A DNA stretch of 63,600 nt, counting the filler, from Rhabdomonas costata (lineage: Eukaryota), in the NCBI GenBank assembly GCA_019059605.1. It is 35 parts of 35 records of this genome, joined end to end, with 100 filler letters (N's around TTAATTAATTAA, not from the genome) between each part and the next. Parts side by side here need not be neighbours in the genome. Positions count along the whole stretch, not along the records: positions 38,239 to 39,956 come from JAHMHO010010122.1; positions 40,057 to 41,774 come from JAHMHO010010123.1; positions 41,875 to 43,591 come from JAHMHO010010124.1; positions 43,692 to 45,409 come from JAHMHO010010125.1; positions 45,510 to 47,227 come from JAHMHO010010126.1; positions 47,328 to 49,045 come from JAHMHO010010127.1; positions 49,146 to 50,865 come from JAHMHO010010128.1; 28 more parts are not named here. The stretch is one strand, 5' to 3'. Made by a program: the position numbers and the translations under genes. The notes under the pieces are model-generated. The model was not told the DNA's origin, ran no database searches, and saw nothing but the letters and a program-made list of their open reading frames with translations. Of this stretch, positions 38,501 to 49,726 are shown one piece after another (position 1 is the stretch's first letter; the number at the start of each line of letters is the position of its first letter).

Positions 38501-40156
38501 TTGCGTAGTAGAATGCGTGCGGTGTTTGTGAACTGGTGCAGACTCTGTCATCCTTTGATTTTGGACAAGTATCATGCCTAACAGCGCGTTATCTGGACAG
38601 CAGTTCGCAGAATTGAGGTTTTCATGGTCTTTTTCCCATAATTTTGTCTTAGCAACTCACCCTTTGTGCTTGCCATTATGCGTCTCAGTAGAATTTATTG
38701 GTTCATGAAAATAAAAATGTCCAGAGCGACATGCACAGCTCACATGGCTCATGGCTCCCAGGAGTCATCGTGCCGAAGAAAAAGAGAACCAGTTCCAATA
38801 CTCCTACAAAGTGCATTGACTTCTGCGCCAACTCCAAATTTCAATTTAAGACGTAAACGTAGTGACCGTTGGGAGAACAAATTGTGCACGCAAACCCACC
38901 TTTCCGTTGGCACCACTTTATTAGGAACAGTGCTCCGCTCCACTAAGGAAAAAGGGGAGGCAAAGCTATGACCCATCTTACATATTAAAATCATACCGAC
39001 AATCTGATTTCTTGTTCTGTTCTTGCTCTGTCACACTGTGCCAAAAACACACACCAGCAGTCGAACAGAATGGAATATTGTGCGCTCAAAGCCAGGCATT
39101 CCGGACTATTACTGGTTGTCATCCTGGAGGTGTTTTTGCTTCTTTTTGGCCTTCTTTTTCGTACGTGTATCCATGCCTTACTTTGTGATAATGGGTGGGA
39201 TAATGGGGGGGGGTCCGGAAAGTAATTTCAGATGTTGTTTTCCAACGCGACATTGCGCCGCATCTCGTCCGGCCACAAATTTTCACAAGGCAAACATCCA
39301 CACAGGTGTATGGTTGTATTGCACAGATGCAGTGAGACGTCCTGAGATGAAGGCTATTCTGGACCACACACACACACACACACTGAGCTGGGTGTGAGGC
39401 CATTTCAACACTGCAACATTATAACAATGTTGGAGAGCGAAGCCGAAGCAGGTTCGGGGTCTTTGTATAACAAAGGAATTCCCGAAATGCTGCGAGGCCG
39501 GTCCTTGCATCCCCACTCGTGAACCTTGGCGGCCTTTCCCTTAATTTTACTTCATGCGCCTCTTCTTTCTCCAGCGCAGCGGAGGACGGCTCTCACAACG
39601 TATTTATCAGAAAAAGAAAGCGTCGTTCGTTCGCAAAGTATAATGTGCCCTAAAGCAGAGCAAAGAGCAATACCTTCGGTTGCTCCTGCTGACAGGTCGA
39701 AAATCCACCGTGCCCACTTTTGGCAAGCAGGGGCCAGGCTTATCACCGTCCCCATGCGAGGCACTCAGCAAGGAAAGCTCTGAGAAGTCTGACCCCGGCT
39801 GCGAGGTGAAAAATGGCTTTCTTATTACAACCATCACTGCTTGTGTGTTCGAAGGGACGGGCTGTGCACTGGCCTGCAGATATGAAAAAATCGCTAATTC
39901 TCAGATTTGGGGATGTTACTAGGCTCATTTCATTTCCTGTTTTCACACCAAAACCCNNNNNNNNNNNNNNNNNNNNNNNNNNNNNNNNNNNNNNNNNNNN
40001 TTAATTAATTAANNNNNNNNNNNNNNNNNNNNNNNNNNNNNNNNNNNNNNNNNNNNGGTTTTGTTTTCAGTGTCATGGAGTGTTTCTTCTCTCTAATTAA
40101 AAATGTCCGTGAAAGAAAACCCATTCCAAGGAGGACGTGAATGTCTGCGGGCATAC

Positions 40157-41443
40157 ATCCTGGCCGAGGATGATTTCAGGAGCACGGTACTCGCGGGTCT
40201 GTGCGGTGATGCCGTAGTCGAAGTTGGCGGCAATGTGAGTATTTGGGTGGATTTTCATCACAGGAGGGGCCAAGGGGTGATTCCGCGTCAGCACCATCTG
40301 AGAAGCACCCCCCCCCCCTTCCTCCCTCAAATACGGCAAAACTAAAACTGCAGCAAGCAAAACCCACGGGGAGAACGAAAGGAACACCTCAAAAGCGGCA
40401 TGGCACCTAAGCGCAAACGTGCCAAAAGTGCCGCTACTATGTCGTGTCCAAAAGGACACGTCATACCGCCAAGCCGAAGTCGCACAGCAACACATCCGTG
40501 TCTGGCTCCTGCAGGCTCACCCGCTTGGGCGTGGGGGTGCTCGGTAAAAGGTGTTGTGCGGGCGCCTTGCCCTCGATCACACTGGAGGAGGTGGTGGAGG
40601 TGGTGGTGGTGGAAGAGGCGTCTTCGCAAAGCCCAAAGGCAAGCCTGTGAAGCCCGCACCAACAGAAACCGAAAGACTCCCCTCCCGTCGCCAGACAAAG
40701 AACAAGAGGCGGCAAGGACTTAAACTCTTTTCATACGATTGCCCCTCACTCAACTCACTTTTGCGCGAGATGCGCTGAAGCCACCAACACCGATGTAAAC
40801 ATACACCGACGGGGGCCCACCCAATCCATGGCGGTGTCTACGCTGTCCGGGGTTCCCCGGCACCCCCCCAGAGTTCCTCGCCTGAGAATCACAGGATACA
40901 CAAAGAGATAATAACGCTTCCACTGCGGTCCGACTCAGAACGCACAACGGCAAGGTCACAGCCAATTACAAGACAAGCAAATGAATCTGGGGTGGTGGTG
41001 GCGGAATAGAATACCGAAAGTTGACAAAAGGAGCGGGCTTGGCCGTTTCCACATGAGAGAGGATGTTGACCGACACCTTGTTTGAGCTGAAAGGCACCAA
41101 AAGGAACCAAATGACCCGAGCAAGCGACCGAGTAAGCGAGCAAGCACCCCCCCCCCACATTGCAAGTGTCCAAAATCCAGCACAGCACCGAAGAGTGGAA
41201 GAGAAATGGAGGGGAAGGGAGGGCTTCAATCCTTTCCGTGCAAGAAGGTGAACAGAGTGCATGACAACACGTCCAAGACGTCTGCCTTGCGTTGAGGTGC
41301 ATTTTGCAGAGCTTCTACGGCGCAGCAGCTGTACAGACGAACACGAGGAAAACGTTCACAAAAAGCCGCAAAACACCTGGATAATGGGATGTTGTTCCTG
41401 TGGCTCAAAGGACTCCGGGTGACGGCAGGAGCATAGCACTGAA
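40157..41443 (-). CDS. SRPK-like (CMGC) protein kinase, partial; exons 41443-41377 (tentative), 40644-40467, 40297-40157
   Basis: DVLLCDFGLA followed by QTREYRAPEIILG (SRPK-type activation-segment end), with a low-complexity spacer before DFG. Confidence 0.88.
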
Positions 41444-43203
41444 CTGAGAATAGAGAAGGGAATCTTCGCAGGTACACACGCAATTGAATCTCGCAAAGGC
41501 GACTTTTTTCTAGCGTCAACACCACAAACCTTTCGGCGACTCCACCACGGCAGGCTTCCTGTTGATCGACGGGGAGCCCAGCAGCGAGCGGTCAACACCA
41601 TCGGAGCTGCGTTCCCCAAAGTTCCCACAATGAATTGCGACCGTGAGCTTCCCTCAGACGAACTGCCATGCAGAGAAACAACGGTATGTTGCCCGGCCCA
41701 GCGAGACACGTTCGGCAGCAAAAGATGGAATTTCATGTCAACAGCTTCGCAGGAGGCCGCTGCCGACAGTAAACNNNNNNNNNNNNNNNNNNNNNNNNNN
41801 NNNNNNNNNNNNNNNNNNTTAATTAATTAANNNNNNNNNNNNNNNNNNNNNNNNNNNNNNNNNNNNNNNNNNNNCAACTCCTATCCCCAACACCTGGACA
41901 TACACACCGTGTACCGTTCCACTGTGGTGCTTTTACCGGTGCTGTGCAACTTTCCACTTTCCACTTTCTCCGCCGACTTTGCATCTGCTCTCTTCGATAT
42001 TGGCATGACACCCGAGCGTGCTCTTTCCTTACTTACCTGCAACGTAAGCCGATGATAGGATGTATGGGAGATTGGCCAATGCTTGCCCGTGACATTTGCT
42101 CTTCAGCAATCGACAGAACCTTGGCTTCCGTACCATTCACGCTATTTCCCAATAGCATTCAAATCCCGTCTCAAATGGAATACCGAAGATGCAGTGAGGA
42201 GCTGCCAAGGTGTTCTAACTCAGAACAGCAGGTGACACGGACCCCTGAATACTTCATAAAGGTTTTTGTCGGATACATCGGTCAAAAGCAAACCATATAA
42301 GTATATTGGCTGATTGATTTCCAAAGACTTACTAAAGGTTTTCGAACAATTGTTGTCCGGTTAGCGTTTGATAGAAACGCTCGAGTCTCGTAGAAAGAAC
42401 CGCTCTGGTTTTGTACGGTCCCTCTGTTTTTGCTCTCGTGCCATCACTCCTGTGTGAGGGATACTTTGTCTATTCCTCAGCCTTCTTCGGCTTGGGATGG
42501 GCCCCCGAAGCCGAGATGCATGTGTGCTGCAAAGCGTTTGCCACCGATTACGGTGGCCGCTCACCTGCTTGCCCAACTCTCTATCGCCGTAACCACGTCA
42601 CCTCTCTCTCTCCCCTCAAAAGGATGTTGCCCCGGGAGACGGTTGACCTGCGCCTGTTTGGCAAGTGAGTTGAGGGCGGTGGGGAGGTGAGTGGGAACTG
42701 CTTTGCAGGCTGGAGGAATTGGTGCGAGGTGCTGTGTACTGTTGTGGCTTTTCCCGACCGTGGGAGCTGGAATAGAGGCCGTTGTGCGGGTATAGTGTGA
42801 TTGCTAATTTTGTGGATGCGGACATCGGGTCTCTGGAATTCCGTTTTCGAAGATGAATGTGCCGAGATGTGACGCCATCAGCGCATTATTTCTGAACTTG
42901 CGGCGCCCTCACTCTCCCTGAGGCATACGCATGCCCCACACATTATACCCTCGCATCACTCACCCGATGGAATTCCCGTGTGTGTGTGTGTGTGTGGCCA
43001 GATCTTGTTGCGCTTTCTACGCATTTTCTTGTTGCTTTGTCCCCTTTTTATTGTTTTTTGTCTGTGGGAATTGGGGGTCCTCCTTCTTTTCTCTTGCCTT
43101 TGCCTGACTCAATTGATGCCTCTGTAACGCCTCCTTATTGCATTCCCCCTCCCCTCCAACCGGAAAGTGCTTGCTCCGCGTGGCACTGCTTTCAAAGCAA
43201 GCC

Positions 43204-43588
43204 ATGGCCAAGCAAGTCTCATTGGCGCACATCCCCACAGAGATTCCAGCGCCGAAGTACGCGGACGACGACTCCCCACTGAGCTCTCCCGCCCAACACC
43301 GCCGGCACTCGCTGGTGGTGGGCTCGCGGAGCACCGGGAAGCTCGCCAACCCCCCCTTCCGCCTCCCCCACGCCCTCTCCGATGGAGCCCTGCTCCGCAC
43401 CCGTGCCCGCTGCGAGGCCCCTCTGTTCCAGGCCCTGCTCTCCCGGGGCAACAAGACTGGCTCCGCCATCCCCCTGATCGACAGTCTGTATGACCATGAG
43501 TACGGCAGTGATCACGAGCACGACCACGAAGACAGCAACAGCAGCGACACCACTCCAATGTCCTCGGCCCACTCCATCTCTCCTCCCA
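43204..43588 (+). CDS. N-terminal exon of a hypothetical protein (MAKQVSLAHIPTEIPAPKY...)
   Basis: GCCATGG start, then a GC3-rich open frame to the contig end, preceded by a pyrimidine-rich tract. Confidence 0.6.
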
Positions 43589-43691
43589 AAANNNNNNNNN
43601 NNNNNNNNNNNNNNNNNNNNNNNNNNNNNNNNNNNTTAATTAATTAANNNNNNNNNNNNNNNNNNNNNNNNNNNNNNNNNNNNNNNNNNNN

Positions 43692-44636
43692 GTGGGGGTT
43701 GTGGGAGGGCGAGGGCGAGGGCGAGGCGGAGGAGGAGCTCGTGAACGTGTGCGGCAAGTGGTGCGAGGAGGGGAGCGCCGTCGTGGAAGGGATGCGGTAG
43801 GCTCGCGCCGAGGGGTCGGGCTCGTAGTGCAGCCAGGGGTACAGGGCAAACAGGTGGTCCCAGAACTCCCGGCAGACATGCACGTGCCCGCAGTGCACCC
43901 CAAACCCGCAGCGATGCCGCTGGTGCAGGCGGCAGACAAACGACATCTGGAAGGTAGGCATGGGCGGACCCGAACGGGAGGCTTTCAGCGCACCCCCGCT
44001 GACAGGGGTTGCCGAGGAGGCAGGCAGGGTCAGCAGTCTCTCCAGGAAGGCAGTAGGCTGGGTGCGCCTCAAAGGAATTGCCACGCAGGCTCCGCTAAAG
44101 GTCAGCATGAAAACCTATAGGTGTGCGCACTGTGAAAAATCTTAAAAGCAAGCCATGCCAAATCTTCTTAATTCAAAAATTCTTTCTTTCTGATGAAAGT
44201 CAATTACGAGATGCAAGAATCTATGAATTAGCGATTGGTAGAGGTATTATAACCTGGCCTTCTTATTCTGAAATATAAGAATGATGCAGACTCTCTCGAA
44301 TAATACAGATCCCATAAAACATAACATATATTCGTGCCAAAAACGCAAAGCCTTGATCAGCCTTGACCACAAATGTCGAGAACTAGGGCCCGCTGCCGTG
44401 AAGGTATCCGATCCCTTCCCTTCAGGAATGCAGCAGTCCTACCCCAACCGTAACTACCCTGTTAGGTTGGCCCCAATTCTGGGACCAACATCTTCAACTG
44501 ACCTGACCTGACCTCATCAACGGAAATTCACACACCGACCGGTCCTCCATTGCCTGCAGATGAGGGTGCGCTGGTGGCAGGCTGTGGTACCGGCAACACT
44601 CCATCGCAGGGGAGTGTGACGGGGGATGGGCCCATC
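43692..44636 (-). CDS. CCCH zinc-finger protein of euglenozoan type, partial; exons 44636-44536 and 44114 to contig end
   Basis: CCRYH linker motif, then VAIP...TQPTAFL, then CRLHQRHRCGFGVHCGHVHVCREFW (C-x7-C-x5-C-x3-H). Confidence 0.82.
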
Positions 44637-45724
44637 CTGCCCTCGCGGAGGGATCCAAGGCGGGTCCCCCGCCCTCCGATCCATGACCACGAGCGCCTTC
44701 CGGGGGCTCCACCGTCCCGCCCACTCGCCCCGAAGACGGAGACGAGGGCCACAGCACAGGGGAGTCAAGGCGCGGCAACGCCCGGCTTTCATTCGCGCCA
44801 GCCTAGATGTGTAATTTTCTCTCAGCAAAGCAAGACCATTTCCCACACAACAAGATGCTTTGTTATTTGCAATAAACCAATACTTACAGTTTCAAACTAT
44901 CACTTTCTTTTGTTAGAAATATACACAATTCCGCATTTTCTGCAGTTACTGAAGCATCCCGCTCCGAGCATTCTGAAAGCAAAACCCTTATTGGTTAGTT
45001 CCGGAACACTGGACCTGAATATCTCCCCGCCGCAAGTTGCCAACTCACCACCAAGTAAATCAAACGCAAAGTGTGAATGTGCGTGGGGAGGAGGAAAGGA
45101 AAATAAGGAAGGACACATACAAAGGTTGCTCCCCGCAAAGAGAGATCATTTTGCCGAGGGGTGGCCATTGTGTTGAGGGAAACCGAAACGAGTGCAAAGA
45201 CTTGTAAGATCCGAAAACGGACAACGTTTCTAAGCTCTTCTGTCCACTTTATAGTCTTCTTCAGTCTTTTCTCCTTGTTCTCCAAGTTTGGCCAATCAGG
45301 AAAGGGAATGCAATTGCAATGGGACTACGCCTAGGAATCAGCAAAAGGATCTACTAGCACAATGATCGCTTCGAGGCATTTCCGAACCAAACCGCACACA
45401 CACAAAACANNNNNNNNNNNNNNNNNNNNNNNNNNNNNNNNNNNNNNNNNNNNTTAATTAATTAANNNNNNNNNNNNNNNNNNNNNNNNNNNNNNNNNNN
45501 NNNNNNNNNGTGGTGTTTGATGTGACCTCCCTTCTGGAGGGCCTGCGTCACCGCGGATGAGCCTTCCCTCTATCTCTCTATCTCCTGAAGAATCTTCCCG
45601 GACTCTGGCTAACTTGGTCTCCGAGGTGACGCAGGCCCTCCAGAAGGGAGGTCACATCAGACATCCCTGGACTCTCTGCCCGATTCCTGCCGTTACTCAG
45701 TGACTCAATGGGTGTATCATGAAT

Positions 45725-45850
45725 GACATTGGTGTGAACTGCTGAGTTTTCCACATTCGAATTCCCATCAGCGTGATCTGCTGGGCTTCCCACATTCGCA
45801 TTCCCATTGGTGTGATCAGCTGAGCTTCCCACATTCACATTCCCACATTT
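45725..45850. repeat. Imperfect 39-bp tandem repeat, about 3 copies
   Basis: CACATTCG(A/C)ATTCCCAT..G.GTGATC.GCTG.GCTTCC repeated; reads NVGS.ADH..GN.. on the minus strand. Confidence 0.75.
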
Positions 45851-45949
45851 ATCCTGTCCATGACTCCGCTCTCTTGCCACCACGTCGGACGGCCACTGGT
45901 CTTGCGGTCTCTGGCCCCTACCAGGATGGGGTTTCTTATTCATTTGTGT

Positions 45950-47226
45950 GGGCCGCAGCATCCAATCATCCTCTTGACGAACAGACCCTTTGGGGTACTT
46001 GGACATCCGCCTAAACCATGCTCTCAACTGGCCTTGTGAGCTCTCTCGCCGCCCACCACTGACCGAGAAATCGGCCAAACACTTCATCGATACGCCGGCG
46101 TGGGCCCTCGCCTGAATGCACATTTCACAATGTACAGAAACGCTTGTTTGAACGCCGACATGTGCTGCAGATTCGCTGGGCCCGTATAAACTGATCCCGT
46201 ATAAACCCATCACGACTCCCATCCGTTGCTCGTCGGACGCCAGGCTGTCCTGCGCTGGGTAGCGGATGATTCGGATGGGGTACGACTCCCCCCGCTGCAG
46301 CAACTGGGTGGTTATTCGGCTTTTCCCATCCTTCCCCTCTCCCCACGCGATCTTCATTCCGAGGTACTCGAGCACCCCTCGCTGCTTTCTAGTGCTCTTG
46401 TATTCCATTCCGTATTGGGATGTGGTGGGATATTTTCCCGTCATGGTCAGGATATCGTCGATAAACCTAACATCTTCAGGGTTGCATGTGCTCGCAAAGT
46501 CTCACTCAGGTATGTAACACGCAAGATTCGCCAATTGTGGGGCACACTGAAGGCCCAAACCAAACCCTTTAACTTGCCTCTTTATCCTGGTACCCGTTGT
46601 TCACCACGAACGAACGAATACTCCGTTAATGAGCATTCTCAACACCACCAAGAGGTGGGAAGAAGTTGTTCACCACAAACGCCACCAACTCGTGTACTTC
46701 TTCCCGCGTCCACCCCCAATTGACCTGCTTCACCCGTGTCCTTGACCCAGCTTTTCCTTGAGAGGCGCAGATGCTCACCTTCTTTTTGTTCTTCGTATTG
46801 CCAGGCTTCCTCAACTGCTTCGGCAACTCTCTTTCGTAGAAGCTCTTGGTCGAACTTGGGGTACATTGTGATGAAATTGATCGTGTCTGCTGCTTCTCTC
46901 CATTTGTCGAGATTCTCTGCCTTGAATCGGATCGGCTGCACCTCCTCCTCCACACTCATGACAAACCATGCCTTTTTGGGCTCTCCCCTGTCCATGCATT
47001 CCAAATCCTTCTGCTTGAGGCTATCCACCACCTGATTCAGGACTCCCACAGGTTCCGTTCCCGCTCCAGCGACGGAGCGCTGGGGCTTCTCTCTGACCCC
47101 TTTCTGCTTCTCGCTTTTCGTTTTCTTGACTCCTGAGATTATCCTTTTCCACTCTTCCAGATTCCATATGTGTAGGGGAGCCTTTCTTTCGTTTCCAGTC
47201 CTCGCTTGACAAGGAAAGTTCCCCAA
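45950..47226 (-). mobile_element. Decayed Penelope-like retroelement reverse transcriptase
   Basis: ADTINFITMYPK (DF..MY motif), WT.EEV.ELV.FVVNN, RQVKGFGLGLQCAPQLANLACY, RFIDDIL, YLGMKI, and IIRYP..DS......GV...QFIRAQRICS. In-frame TGA and frameshifts; no introns. Confidence 0.82.
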
Positions 47227-47336
47227 ANNNNNNNNNNNNNNNNNNNNNNNNNNNNNNNNNNNNNNNNNNNNTTAATTAATTAANNNNNNNNNNNNNNNNN
47301 NNNNNNNNNNNNNNNNNNNNNNNNNNNGGGGGGTTT

Positions 47337-48843
47337 ATGGAAGTGGGCAGCGTGATGGTTCGCAAGGTGGTCAGCATCATGTTCGCGGACATTGCGGGCT
47401 TCTCGACGCTATGCGAGCAGATCCTCTCTGAAGAGCTGGTGCTGCTGATGACGCAGTATGTTCCTCTCTTTTGTTTTGCCCCCCCCCCTCCAGCTCACCC
47501 AGCCGGAGTGCACTCGGAAGCATTGTCATTCCTTCGTATCACCCTGCGAGTGCCGGTAATGGGGCCATTGGGTTTCGGAAACAGGGGGCAAACGTATTTC
47601 TCATAGGTCGCGTGTGGGACAACCTCCGGCTGCTTTCGTCTGGCGTTGACGGCTCCTACTTTTTGAGCATTTAGGTTGCTTCTCCCGTTGTTATCCGCCA
47701 GGTACTTGCAGTCAATGTGTGAGGCGATCATCCACTCCAAAGGAACTTTAGACAAGGTCTGCTATCCGTCCGTTTTTTCACTCCCATCTTTTCCACCCAC
47801 TCTATTTGCCCACTCTTGTTCAGTCAGTGTTTGGTTAGAACCACCGTCGACCCAGGACCCAGGAAGGCTCCCTCTGTGCGACGGGCTTTGTTTGAAGCTT
47901 TCTGTGTGCTCTTCTTTCACCGTTCTCTCATGTCACCTCCCCATTATTCGTTTCTGTTTTTTCCAGCAGGGCTTGTACCACCACGGGGTCATTTTCATAG
48001 CCTTTCCTTCTGCTTTGCAGTTCATTGGGGACTGCATCATGGCGCTGTGGAACGCCCCGCGCTCCGTGAAGGGCTACCAGGCGGCCTCGGTAGGGGCGGC
48101 AATGGAGATGCAGCGGAGGCTGGTGGCTCTGTGGGAGGAGTGGGATGAGGCGGGTCTTCCTCAAATCCGGTGTGCGTGCGCGTTTCGCTGAAGGCAGAAC
48201 GACGTCCACGATAAGAACGCCTCGTCTTGAGAGATTTTTGGCCGTTCGAGCTGGGGCGCTTTGAACGGACTTCTCGTTTTTGTCGGCATCTTTTATGCAC
48301 ATACGGGTTCGCGTGAAATGGCCGGTGTTGATGCAGAAAGTTCGTTGCCCTTCGCTTGTTGGTGGATTATTTTTCAATGAGTTTGCGTCGCTTTTTCACG
48401 AGGCCGAGAGCGCTGATTTGCACCGCAAAGTTGCTTCCTTCTTTTTCTTTTTCCTTTCCGCAGAATGCGTATAGGCATCAACACCGATGCGGTGCTGGTG
48501 GGCAACGTGGGCTGCGAGCACCGCATCAATTACACCTGCCTGGGTACTGCTGGCGTGTTTCTTTCCGTTGGATCGCAGCCGCTGGTTTGCTGCCACATTA
48601 TCTCTTGGGCTGCTATCTTGTGACTTTGTGTGGCGGAATTGCCGCAAGGTGCATATGTTTTTCAACTCACCTGTGCCAGCCCAAGAGCTGTTGATACAAA
48701 TATCCAATGTAATAGACTTTTCTTCGTTCCGCTTTTAACACATTGTCCTATTGCATCAGTCATCCTTGTGTCGTAGAATGCGTATTCCGGCTGCAACAGG
48801 TGACGGTGTCAACTTGGCAAGCCGCCTCGAAGCGATGAACAAG
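47337..48843 (+). CDS. Class III adenylate cyclase catalytic domain; exons 47337-47455, 47702-47756, 48021-48169, 48464-48543, 48800-48843
   Basis: Spliced VSIMFADIAGFSTLCE...YLQSMCEAIIHSKGTLDKFIGDCIMALWNAP...[42 protein letters not shown]. All introns are GT-AG and in phase. Confidence 0.95.
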
Positions 48844-49585
48844 GTGTGTCCTTTTCTGCTCGCATCTCCCTTTTGGTCCGAAACCAGGTCACAATCTGAC
48901 GAATCTCTTTCTGAAAGCTGAGATAGGAGAGAGGTGGCGTTTAAGCTACGTTCTCCGGCGCAATATTTTTTGGCAGGGGGGGATAGGATGTTCCCTCACC
49001 TTCTCCAGATTCCAGGTTTGAGGCAATTCTGCGCCCAACCCCACCNNNNNNNNNNNNNNNNNNNNNNNNNNNNNNNNNNNNNNNNNNNNTTAATTAATTA
49101 ANNNNNNNNNNNNNNNNNNNNNNNNNNNNNNNNNNNNNNNNNNNNTTTTTTGTTTGCTGTCAGGTGCTTAGCACCTGACATTATGGGTGGACGAGTTATT
49201 GCCTCTGTCTTTTGCAAATGTCGCTATACGGTTTAGCGGTATAGTCACCGGTCCCCATCTATCCTTGCGCCGGGGACGGTCCGTGTCTTCTGCCGTAGTT
49301 TAATCGTACTCGTAATCTCTTCAAGTCTCTGACAGGCAAGCTTTGCAACACTCCCGCACAACTCGCAGGTTGCGACGCGTTTACCCCCCCCTCCTCCTCT
49401 TCTACAAGTCGCGCCATGCAAAGAAGAGTCCAAAACACAGAGGCAATAGGCCTCTATCTGATCAACCAGATTATTCAGTGGTGGCGATGGTGCAGTACGT
49501 GGTGCGCTGCCCCGAGCTCTTGATCTGTGTCATCGTTGCATGGTGGTGTGTGTGTGTGTGTGTGTGTGTTGGGGCTGCAGAGCAG

Positions 49586-49726
49586 GTGATGAGCGCATCG
49601 CCCCCCAAGCACTCTTACGAGCTGCGGTACGGTTCCCAGAAGTACCTGCTGTACCAGAACAGCTACGAGCCCTACGGGCTGATGCGGGCCCGCCAGTTGA
49701 TGCTGAAGCAGGCCGTGGAGGCTAAG
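49586..49726 (+). CDS. GDA1/CD39 family nucleoside phosphatase (apyrase), single internal exon
   Basis: KYLLYQNSYEPYGLMRARQ resembles the Y.LY.HSYLGYGLM.AR segment of GDA1/CD39 enzymes. Confidence 0.7.
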
